Translations under genes and position numbers: made by a program
Shown: positions 52,901 to 64,000 of the stretch, piece after piece
How the letters are laid out: every line of letters begins with the position of its first letter
How positions within the stretch are numbered: the stretch's first letter is position 1
The notes under the pieces: generated by a model
Seen by the model: only the letters and a program-made list of their open reading frames with translations
Databases searched by the model: none
What the model was told of the DNA's origin: nothing
Assembly (NCBI GenBank): GCA_040954595.2
Contig: CM082595.2
Coordinates: forward strand, 2,589,943-2,653,942
Source: Balanoglossus misakiensis
Lineage: Eukaryota; Animalia; Hemichordata
Length of the DNA: 64,000 nt
Direction: 5' to 3'

Positions 52901-55263
52901 ATTAACAACAGTATTGACAAAATGAAGAAAATAACAGACTTTACACAGAAATTATATGCACTATGATTTTTCTCAAAATTTGTTCCCAAAAATTCCCAAG
53001 AAAATGACTACATATTGTCTCTGTATTCAGAGTTTTCAACAGCTTATCATAAACAAGGTTCAAAGGTCAGAGATCGAAGGTCAAGTGACATAATGCTTTG
53101 GGTAGTTTCTCTTCATGGCAGCCATGTTTTTTTCTCTCATAAAGACAGTGTTAGTATATTGTATTTCAATACTCACCGTCCATGTAGCACTCTTAGAAGA
53201 CGAACTCATAGAGTTGGACAAAGAAATCTCAAACCCATAATCACCCGTGTGGTCTGAGCTGTAAACAAGCAAAGAGAGAAAAAGGCCACATTTTAGAGAA
53301 AAGTTAATAAGTAATATGATAACACACTCGGCCTCAAACCTGAAACTGCATATGACCAGACATGTTCGTTTGCGGAGTCAGGCTATAAGTCATATGAAAT
53401 GGGTGTGTAAACTCAACAAATATTGATTGTACCATATATCAATCGCTAGGAATGATATCTTGGAGTGATTTCCAAGAAATTTGAATCAAGTTGGAGGTTA
53501 CAGAAGTATATATGCAGTCAAAACTCCAACATGACTAGACGCCACAGATATCTTAATCAACACAGAAAACAAATAGTCTAAAGAGTAGAAATTTGGTTCC
53601 TCAGACAAGCGTGAATACTACAAAGAAGTTTGAATGGTAATTAGTTCCTAAGCGCTTACATGTATGTCCCGCCACACACACGTATCAATGTTTCTCATTG
53701 ACGTGTCGATAATGTTTGCATAAGTGACAACACACAAGGCATGTCCAGACAGCTGAAAATGCACCTGTCAGGCCAACCTGTTTCTCGGTTTGAGAGTTAA
53801 CACCTGTTGAATGTTGCTTGACAAAAACAGAGGGAAAATTGGCAGAGGGACATACTGCTCTTTAGGTGGGCAGTGTCATCTGACAAGAGATGTTATGCAT
53901 ACCAGGGAAATAAATCACAATATACACACAAGAAAAATATTCATACACAAACACACATGCACTCACTACACCAGCATGGAAACAAAAATTCCAATTTACC
54001 AATCATAAAATCTTCCCGGACCACCACCACTCAACTCAGTGACAACCATCTCAACGATCGACGCAAACTGATCCAAACCAGTCAGGAACCACAAGCAGAA
54101 CTAAAACACAGTACCCTCCCATTCTCTATTTAAGAAAACACTTGACGGCAAGAACACACATGCCCAGCAAGGTTGAAACAGGCGATGGCATGAAACTGCA
54201 CCAGGAAACCCAAATCTCACAGAAACACTTGAAACAGACAATTATTTATCTTACAGATTATGAACACACAACAATACAAATAGTTCACCCAACATGTACA
54301 AACCAAGACGAAAATATTCAATTTTGGTACACGCATAATTACATGTACCCCCGACATCGTGGATAAGTTTGTCATTAATACAGCATGTATAACGGACATC
54401 ATGAAACTGGTTCTCAAATCAAAATCTTGGTATATACATTTTCATAGCACTTGATATGTAAGCCTCTCTACACATCAACCAATACTGAGCCATTCCTAAT
54501 TGGATATCAGAATACAGGTTCGTTCTGCCCATTGACTTTTTTTGGAACGGCACTTAGTAAGAGCTATATTTAGGAGTCTTTTACTCATTTTTATTTTTTC
54601 CCGTTTGCTGGAGTTAAAATAGAGCAGCCAGGCTCAGAAATTACAAATGAACTGAGCAAACGCATAAAATGGAATTTTTTGTGAACTTACAAACTACACA
54701 CAGCTCTCCATTCCAACGGATGAGTTCTCAACTCGATGAATTCAGACAAAAAGAGTTCTGGCCTTGTGAAGACAAAGAATTCTGTGACAAAAATTTTGTT
54801 TTTCACATCCACAACAATAAGTCAGAAACCAGTTTCCCATAAAACTCATAACAGACAATTAACAACAAAAAAACTCATGAATAATTTCAATTTTTCCACT
54901 ATTAAGAAACAAAGGCAGTCATTAACATGTCAGAACAAATTCTTCATAGCAAAAAATCTTCAAATTCCAGCATACGACAAAACAACAGATATCTCTTGTT
55001 ATAAAAGAGTTTATCAACAATGATCAATAATGCTTTTTGTCTCAACACTGTTGTTCTCAACAAAAAGACCCACAAAAAACACTGATTTCTCTCTCCTTGA
55101 GACCATCCTCTTTTTTCCAGTAGCACGCACCCATTGATATTAGATATTGTTAATCTGAAATACACACACCAACCTGTAGGATTAGAGGATTTCATTAAGA
55201 ATGGGCCAACGCAGTCCAAACATATCACATTTATCAACTAAGGTCACGTACAGGTGGGGTTAG

Positions 55264-55315
<52 letters not shown>

Positions 55316-58300
55316 TCACAGACACACACACACACACAACCCCTCCACACATCACTCAAGGCAGGCCAAGCAACACGACACAGCCAGCCAAATCCCCCCT
55401 CCAACACTCACCGCATGGCTAGCCATTCATGTCACCACACACAACATAATTCATCCTTCCTTCACTTCAGCCATTCTACAAACGCGGCGACCATCACACC
55501 ACAATCAATATTTCACCCAATACTACCAACAAAACTCCTCCATCACAACCATACAGATATACTTCATCCATTCTGACAATGACATCTCAAATGAAGGCCA
55601 TATAAGCCTACTTGTCGTGAACAAATCCCTTTCTAGACAAACCCACCACCCCATGCAATACAGTCATGAGTCAATCTTTTGGAGGATACCATTTCCTGAC
55701 GTCTACCACATTTGTGTTAAGATTCATCAAGAAGAACCGTGGTAAGTTACAGCGACCATAGACGTACGACTTGTGGACAGGTTTCAGTTTGGTCGATGGA
55801 GTAGCTTCTTGTCATAGGTAAGTTTTCAAAACGATTTCATACTAACACGAAACGTGGCAAGATTTTAGGGACAACTTGTCAACTTGGTGAAGCACCGACT
55901 TACTTTGATGGAACTGTCGGAATGGGACTGGCCATCATGGGTGGCGGGGGTGTATATGGAGGAGGCGTCACGCCATGATCAGTACTGTAGTCGCTTGGCG
56001 CGCTGCTGGGCATGGCACTGTCTGGTGATGAATAGACATTGGATGACGAAGAAGACACAGGTGCAAGGCTGGTGATCTGTTGATGAAGAAGAAAAAACAG
56101 AAGACATCAATTATAGTGAAATCGCACATTTTGATGAGTTTCTATCACAAACAACACTGGTTGGGCCCCAAAAGCAGTTATGAGTTTCTCATTGTATGAA
56201 CCGCGGACACCAGATAATAGTTGCCTAGCAATAAGGGCTCTATTCTTTTTTCACTCCTTTCAGGTTCAAGTTTAGGACCCCTGGAGACAATTGTCACTGT
56301 CTTGAACAAAGTCTGAATACCATACCCCCTTAATTATTTCTGTTGTTTGGTATAGCCCCGCAGCAGTTACAGAGACTGGTCAGTCCTAACCAAACGAAAG
56401 AGGGGTGGCCAGAATGTTGACACAACGAAGTATAAATCCTACACGATTAACATTCTGAAAAACAATATCAGAAACCAAAACAACATCTACCAATTTTCAC
56501 ATTTCTTAAACATTCATAATCCCTAAGTTGACTAATTTAATTCACGACAGGTATTCCTTCCATTGTCGTTCTTAAAAAGCCAGACTGAGTGTTTTACTGC
56601 CGGACGCAATAATTTCGAAACAGGGGAACTTTGATAAGTCTAAGCGGCCATTTTGGGGAATCTTGGATCACTGCCAAGTTAAATGGTGAATACAGCAAGG
56701 CCAAACAGCTTAGCAGAAATTGTTGATAAACAAAAGATATTTAGAGAAAAAATGTTTGATATTCATACCAATTGTGCATTGTGAAAATGCAATGAAATAA
56801 AAGAATTGTATGACAGAAACACAGCAAACAAAAAGGCAAAACAGGACTTCATGTTCATTGAGCACATTTCACACAAAGTTTTGTAACTTTATCCATGCTT
56901 TCGCAGCTGAAAAAATATCCATGTCTGTCGATATTCAGATTAAAGTCACCAAAAAGTATAATACTTTTGGTAAATAACTTTGAAAAGCAATACACAACTT
57001 GGAGAGTGCCAAGTTCGCTCTACACGTAAACCACAACTCTTATTAATTTTCGTCAATGATGGTATACACAGACATGACACACACATCCTGTTTAAAGGGG
57101 CAAATCTTGAAACTTTGAAATGTCACCATTTCTCCCTAAAATGCAGTCACTTAATCATGAATTTGAGTCCACAATCAGCACAGAGAGTGTCTAAGTGATG
57201 GTCAGTCACTTTTATAGGCCAATTCTGATGGCTTCTTGTGAAGTCAGACCTCATACTGACTGAACTGACACTGACTGATCGATAGTTCCGAGTTGCAATC
57301 AGATAACTTTTGAACACTGGTCACTGAGCAAGAACTAGTCACAAACTCAACGAATACATTCATAATTTGCAATACGGTGAAGTGATCGAGGGCAAGTGTC
57401 ATCTGAAATCAAAAATTGGCCTTTCTAAGTTCACATCGACCAAAACGAACACTTCGAAAGAAACTCAGAAGAGATTTAAAGTGGTCGTGTCAATCTGATG
57501 GCAGCCATGTTGTTGGTAACCACACAATGTGTATCCAAAACTTTCTAATTACAGAAAGACTACTAACTGAAGTTATTTGCAACATTCCGTCCCCATTACT
57601 GGCTGGTCATTTCCGAGGGTCTTCCGTCGTTGCTTCCTTTCCCAGTGCGGCACAAGGGCAAGACGGTATTCCGGGGAATTCGGGAAGAATTTACGCCGTG
57701 AAGTCAACTCGGCTCCAAAACAAGGTTCAGAGTCGGACAAATGACACGCAGACCAGGTAAACTTGGCTGTCTGCCAAATGATCTGTGAGGACTTCACGAG
57801 GGGCAGGGATGAAAAGCACTTCTTCATTCCGCGTGTGGGGGCTGGCCGTGTCCGGCAAATCACGGAGTCGCAACACAACACAACCACACAAACACACATG
57901 CAGTCGAATCTCAGTCAAAATATTACTGCAAAACATCGCCATCGATGATGTCAATGCAGATCGTGACACACACACAAAAAATAAATAAAAAATAAACTTT
58001 ACCATGTCACCTGTGAAACGGGCCACAAACTTGCCTCTTCTGCATGGCTCGAACCTTCCGGTCATAGACATTCGGCATATACACACGGACACACAACGGG
58101 ATTGCACAAACTATCCGGCGACAGATACCGGATAAAAATCAACTGCAGCGAGCAGCAATACCGGAAAGAGCACAGCTCTCAAAAAAAGTCGGGAACCACA
58201 CAATTTCTGAGGTGGCCGGCAGAATATGTAAAGTAGAAGCAGGTAGGGTTTGTGTACACACAACACAAGGTATGAAGACAGGTGAAGATGATGGACTTCT

Positions 58301-61300
58301 CCCGTGATATTCCAGAAGCCGGGGCACTGACAATGAATTATCCTGGTCAGGGCGGTGCAGTCACTTGGGGGTCATAAAATATCGCCACTGAAAATATCCA
58401 TATACACGTTTCCCGAGCCACTGCCAGGTGAATATGTCTGACCAGCAGTCAATTTTTTTTCAAACTACTGAAGACAGGTCAGTCATGGCAAACATAAAAG
58501 ATTGGGGTGCATGTTGTTTCATGTTTTTTTTGGCTGTTCGCAGCCTATTTGCAATCTATGTTCTATTCTTGGGAAAGGGGGGTGAGATGGCGGGAAATAG
58601 GCAAACTCTGGAGTTGAAACTTTACTGGTTTTTCGTCCGTTGCGAATCCGACATGCCTGGGCCGTACCACTCCTCAGAGGGCCTTTCAGGTAGGGGTTGC
58701 AGGGTCGCCACCTGGAGGGATCAAAGTCCGCGTGCCGGGCAAGCAAGTGTGTTTGCCGACGTCTATTGACAGACCCACTTCAGGGAGTAGTGGGAAAGAT
58801 CATTGGAGTTGAAAATGGCCAGATAAAACGAAATAAAATGGACATGCAAACTCATAAACGACCACTCATCTGGTGGAACTACCCTCCATAAAGTGGAATG
58901 ACCGCAAGGGGCGCAGCGACAAGTTGGAAAGCAAGACTGGACATGTCCCAGTTTGCCCTCCTAATCTCCATACTGCGGTAATTATATTCAATCACACTGC
59001 TGACAACAATGCCCCTAAGATAAACAGCGAGTAAATAAATTCAGGTCGTGCGTTCAGGAAAAAAAATCCAGAACTATCCTGCAGAAAAATAACCCAAAAC
59101 GAGGAATGATCAACCAGGGCACCCGTTTCGCAGTGATACCTGCAAGCCCACAGATGAATGAAATCAAGGCCACCAGATTTCTTTTTCACCGCCACTCTCT
59201 TACTCTTTTGTAAAATAACAACAGAGGAATGCAAATTAGATATCGGTGACAATGTCACATTTGACACACTGCTCATAAACCCTCAGAGAGGAAAATGTGA
59301 ATGAAGTCGACTAGGACACGAGAATTTATATGCACTGACTATGCAAACACACACTCACAAAAACAAACACTTCCACGGCCCTGCCTTGGCCTGAATAAAT
59401 AGGCTCCTTCTTTTTTCTTGAACAAATCCTGAATTTGCTAAAAAAAATTAGCAGGATTTATTTTTAAGTATCAGAATTTTACTAGAGTCTCATGAAGAAT
59501 CATTTTCGAACAAAACTTTTGAAGAATGTCAGCTGATTTTGGACACTTTTGAAAAATGAATTCCACATTGTACACATGTCTAGGGCTTCTTGCTTGGGTT
59601 ATTGGGGGAAAACGAAAGCATCTCAACTTTCCCGCTTCAAGCTCTTGGTCTGGGGTCGAGTCTGCGCTAAGAAATGCAGAGAAGTGTGTGGACACACCAT
59701 TGTGTGCGGTCACATGGTCCTTTGTGGGTCAGGACAAAAGAAAAGAATGGTCACATTACGCTCAATCAATACATCTATTGCTCGGGCAATTCAAAGCCAC
59801 ATACACATAGAGTGAAAAGCACTGCTTTACAGATCTGCATACATTCATGCATACTTTTTTCTCGATAGACTCCAAAAAGCACCCCTAATAAAACTTAGGC
59901 CACTTTGGAACAGCCCCTGTAAGAACTGCATGCTAGTGGACTCTACCATGTTCTCTGAATGGGGAGGTGTAGAAGCTATGTAAATCTGGGTTGACATTTC
60001 AATGGGATTATTTGCGTAGTAACACGTGTCAATAAGGATGTGGTTTCACTTTGCCTTTTCACCTTGATCCCTAACATATCCATACACGCCTTAGGGTACA
60101 CTCATATATTCTAAACAAACTCATCTGCTGCTCAGCAAAAGCAAAATGAAACATTTCGGCTGTGCAATTGATAAACACATCAGTGCTTACACTATGTTTC
60201 TTGCGTTCAAGTGGTTCAGTACAGGGGAAGACTACAGAGCCTCCTATTGGTTGAGTACAGTCACATGACTTGGGAACTCAAACACAGAGCCTCCTATTGG
60301 TTGAGTACAGTCACATGACTTGGGAACTCAAACATAAAGCCTGCTATTGGTCAGAATCTCACAGGATGCACGACACAAGATAACAAATACCTTTATTGCG
60401 GATAAACAATAGCACCATTTGTAAATGAAAACACATAAAAGTGGACAAAACACACAAGACCGACACAACAGCTATATTTCAGAGGTACATACCGCTCCTT
60501 CCGGCCCAATCTGATAATGCTGGAGTTCCATCTCGATCCGGTTCTCCTGAATTTCGCTCGCCTCGGCCGTCGCCTCCGAAAAACTGAAATCAAGCGGCTG
60601 GGTCGCGATTTGTGTCAGATTCCTGCAAGACACAAAAAGTGAAAAAAGAAAAGAATGACTTTGCTGACTAACACCACTACCAGCCTAACCATTAGTTCTT
60701 TCCCAAGCCAGAAAAAATCCTGTTAGCAAAGCAGTTATGAGGTAGAGAGAGAGATGGAGAGGAAGAGAGAGAGAGATTTGGAAATCTAGGCACCTCATGC
60801 TCCCATTGTACAGCCCAACCAGGCAGAATTAAAAAGATTATTTTAATATTTTTTTAGAGTTAGTAAGCGTACTTGTACTCACCCTCTTCTTGGCAGATAC
60901 TCTTTGGGAAAATAACTTTAACACAAGAAAAACAAATAATACAAATTTTAGAAGGTGAGGATTATATTCTTGAATTTCCTAGGTCGCTTTGTTGGCTGTA
61001 AACATTTTTATTCTAACTACAAAGTCTAGGTGGAGAAGAAACTTGTGTGTCATGGTTTAATTTGGAGGGTACATGATTTGGTGTTTCTCATCAATAATCC
61101 TGATAAATTTGCTTGGTTTTAAGGGGGCTTTCATTAAAATATGGTGGCTAAAGAACATTTTCAGAACTTGATGCTCCTTAGGTTGATGTTGAAATGCCGC
61201 AGCATACTTAGGCCCCTTATGTATCTGTTGAAAACAAAAATGTTCACAAAGAAGACAAAAATCGCTTCAATTTGCCAGAAAAGTGAAATAAAACATCCAC

Positions 61301-62882
61301 AGTAAACATCAATTATACCAGAACAAAGAAACGGAGCTGTCATTCTCTCAAAAAAGAATGGCGAAAAAAATGAACATGTGCAAAACAATAAAGAGTGAAT
61401 ATTGCAGAGCCTTTTCATCTATCTGCCAACTGACCAACCTGTCTGAACATGTCACTTTTGAAATTGTTGTTTTTTGTATTTTTTGGCCAACATTCAAGTT
61501 CTGTGAAAACAATCATTACACCTGCTAATGTACACCGAGAAATCCGATTTTAGTTTCATCATTACGAGTTTCATATATTAGACAAACACACATCTTTAGT
61601 TTGTTGGTTGGTGAACAAACTTCTGATTGGGCATACACAATGATTTCAAGTATAATATCAATGATTTGGTATCAAAAAAGAGAGAAAAGTTCTGGCTTGG
61701 AAATTGTTGAAAGATTAAGACGAGAGAGAAAGACAGAATATTAAAATGTTAGTGTAAGGATATAGAAGAAAAGAGAGAGGTTTGATGTATGCAAGTGTTT
61801 TTTTCTTATATTGTCTAGACTGTTTGGAAATATCACAAACACACACATACAAGAGTGTCCCCCAAAAAACTTTGAGGTTGTTCAAACTTGCATACACACA
61901 CACACACAGGCCACTGTTCATACCTGTTTGTCCCCACGTCTGTCTGTACGCCGTCACTTTTTCACACACTACATGTATAGGCTTGAAACAGCCAATCACA
62001 GACAAATCTACCAATAACTCGGCGCGATATTTGCATGAAATGATACAGTGATATAATCATAAACTTGTATGAGTCGTAATGTTGTCTGAACTCTTCATAA
62101 CTGTCGGTCATTGACTGCCAAGGCCCAGACATGTCTATTTTTTTACAAGTTCGTTTTGGTTTCAAAAACAGAATGGCGACACATATATTGCTAGGATGTG
62201 CTATGTAAGAATACTACATACGATGTGTGTGACACAGTGTTAGCTTTGGATGTGTTTGGTGATGAGACGGGAAACGTGCAGTGCCTTGGAAGGCCAATTG
62301 TCATAGGTTGAAGGGTGAAGTGACAAGGGAAGCGGACCAATCAGACACAACCTTACGAGATCGCTGCCAGACAGCAGGTGTTCAGTCAAATAGGAGGATA
62401 AGCTTACCTGCGCCACAACATATCCATGGACTTGTCCATTTTCTGATATCAGAACTTCATGACAGCAAAATGTTTATTATTTAAATTACTGCAAGGGTGA
62501 GAAAATCCACCATTCCAAGCTCATTGGCTAGTAGTTTTTGCTCCATCTACCAATAAGTGACTTGGAAATCGTTCAGTTTTAACACTGACATTGAACTGGT
62601 AGGCTTGTTGAAACTGCGACTGAGCCAGTGATCGTTTTGCACAACTACCCTGAGAGCTGGTGGATTGGAAAAGGACTTGCTCACCCTTCTCGGAATAAAA
62701 TACTTCACTCACCCATTATCTGTGATGTCTCCCAACTGGGACCACAGTTGATTGAACGTCTCTTGACTCAGTGGTTGACTGTGTGATCCCTGCGATGTGG
62801 TTCTGTCAAAGGATTTGTCGTGCAGTCCCCCGCTGCCCAAGCCGCAGGGTGGGGTCAGGTTCTCGCTCTCTTCTTGCGACAT
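46992..62882 (-). CDS. TP63: p63/p73-like p53-family transcription factor, TA-alpha-type isoform, about 670 aa
   Basis: Exons: 62882-62713, 60622-60493, 56076-55904, 53258-53177, 52835-52538, 52126-52021, 51606-51494, 51257-51175, 50921-50809, 48044-47727, 47582-47489, 47324-46992 (2013 nt, open frame). Domains: [17 protein letters not shown]; [46 protein letters not shown]; [22 protein letters not shown]; SAM; [11 protein letters not shown]. Confidence 0.92.
49577..49634 (-). other. Candidate alternative terminal exon of the p53-family gene (SAM-less isoform ending [18 protein letters not shown])
   Basis: Acceptor TTATTTCAG at 49636-49635, phase matches the OD exon donor, stop at 49579-49577, AATAAA at 49501-49496. 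Confidence 0.5.
49831..49910. repeat. Two tandem 40-bp units, each with GATTGG and GTCACGTGA
   Basis: Directly visible. Confidence 0.85.
51887..51973 (-). mobile_element. TTAA-type MITE, reverse-orientation copy in a p53-family intron
   Basis: Reverse complement resembles 4857-4949. Confidence 0.65.
52150..52546. repeat. Intronic minisatellite (76-88-bp units) containing copies of the exon/intron junction
   Basis: GACTTCATGTG(C/T)AACATA(C/T)CTTGAG at 52182, 52258, 52346, 52433 and 52519. Confidence 0.92.
55267..55338. repeat. (CA)n microsatellite
   Basis: Directly visible. Confidence 0.95.
58917..58948. promoter_or_regulatory. p53-family response element inside the gene's own intron
   Basis: AAGCAAGACT+GGACATGTCC (58929-58948, zero spacer, 19/20 match to RRRCWWGYYY x2) plus a third half-site CGACAAGTTG at 58917-58926. 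Confidence 0.6.
60234..60350. repeat. 50-bp tandem repeat (~2.3 copies) with ATTGG and GTCACATGAC
   Basis: ACAGAGCCTCCTATTGGTTGAGTACAGTCACATGACTTGGGAACTCAAAC at 60234 and 60284. Confidence 0.9.
62408..62488 (-). other. Candidate 81-nt stop-and-restart cassette exon of the p53-family gene
   Basis: Acceptor TTTTCTCACCCTTGCAG, donor CAG|GTAAGC, phase 2-2; in-frame TGA followed by in-frame ATGs. Confidence 0.5.
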
Positions 62883-63126
62883 TCTTACTTGAACAAGTAC
62901 CTAACAGGGACAGGGGAGAGAGACAGAGAAGGAAAAAGACGGTGATCGTTAGTGTATAAAGCAGAGAACTGCAAACCCTTATTGAATCTCGAGAAACCTG
63001 TAAGTTTGTCTGATGTGTCAAATAGTTGAGGATCCGATACAGATAGTTGGAAAATTGTTTATTCTTCTCAATATGCCCAAGTGAGGGAACATCTCATTAT
63101 TGTTATTGTCATAACAATTTTGGTAG

Positions 63127-63182
<56 letters not shown>

Positions 63183-63183
63183 C

Positions 63184-63224
<41 letters not shown>

Positions 63225-63246
63225 CTGATGATGATGATGGTGGTGA
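63127..63246. repeat. (GAT)n microsatellite
   Basis: Directly visible; explains the poly-D/M/I ORFs. Confidence 0.95.
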
Positions 63247-64000
63247 CAATAATAATAGTTTGGATCGACTGCAAACCAATCACCTCACTACTATTTTTAT
63301 GCCGATCATCTCTATTTTTGGTTTCACAAAACTGCCACCAATCATAAATTTTCTATTAATTCTCTTTGTTAATTCTGAACACTACAATTCACCCAAATCC
63401 CTGACTTTATTCATAGCTTTCCCACAAAAAGGACCAGGGACACACTCCCATTTCGATACCACTGTCTGTATATGGAAGCATTCAAGTCAGAAGTTGCGTT
63501 TTATTGTTGATACACACAGCGCAATATGAACACGAACATTTAATAAAACTGAAGCGAAGCGAGAGAAAGTAAAATCATATATTTTGATGAATTGTCGGAA
63601 CATGCCAAAACATGTTATCGGCATACATAAAATTGAAAAGCGACAATGGTAAAATGCCGCTATTCTTGTAAAACAAAAGGACTGGCTCAACTCACAGGAA
63701 GCGAGTTCTCTCAAAACACGTTTTTATAATGTGTCCGTTTTTCTAAAACACAGCTAAAGGCAAAATGTGATTAAACTTTGAACTCACACCTGCTGGCCAA
63801 TAAACCAGCAGTTTTGTTCAAATTTGAGACTTTTTCAAAAAACTATTTTTTTCCTCAAGGTAAACATTACCTCTGATGCTTATATATTTTCAGTTTTGAC
63901 CAATATTGACAAACTAAATGTGATATGTTTCAAAAAATTCACACCAATAACTCCATCACTTGTTAAAATGAAATGATTGCATCCCATACCATATGCTAAA

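Overview
Intron-rich animal genomic DNA, probably from a non-vertebrate bilaterian because it carries Tdc and PR2-type genes; the taxon cannot be fixed from sequence alone. Four spliced genes were reconstructed by hand with phase-consistent GT-AG exons. (1) The 5' half of an Ack-like/PR2 non-receptor tyrosine kinase (- strand, runs off the left edge). (2) A tyrosine decarboxylase-type PLP enzyme (-, about 544 aa). (3) A ClC-2-type chloride channel (+, about 833-850 aa). (4) A p63/p73-like p53-family gene (-, about 670 aa) with TAD, DBD, OD, SAM and TID, plus several candidate alternative exons and an intronic p53 response element. The most unusual object is a 3.9-kb composite element at 17571-21432. 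Its inverted arms are built of ~88-bp subrepeats and enclose six ~560-bp tandem units. Each unit carries a tRNA-like Pol III cassette (A box, B box, oligo-T) and a cluster of perfect palindromes. Also present are several MITE families and microsatellites. Most ORFs in the supplied track are exon fragments or noise.
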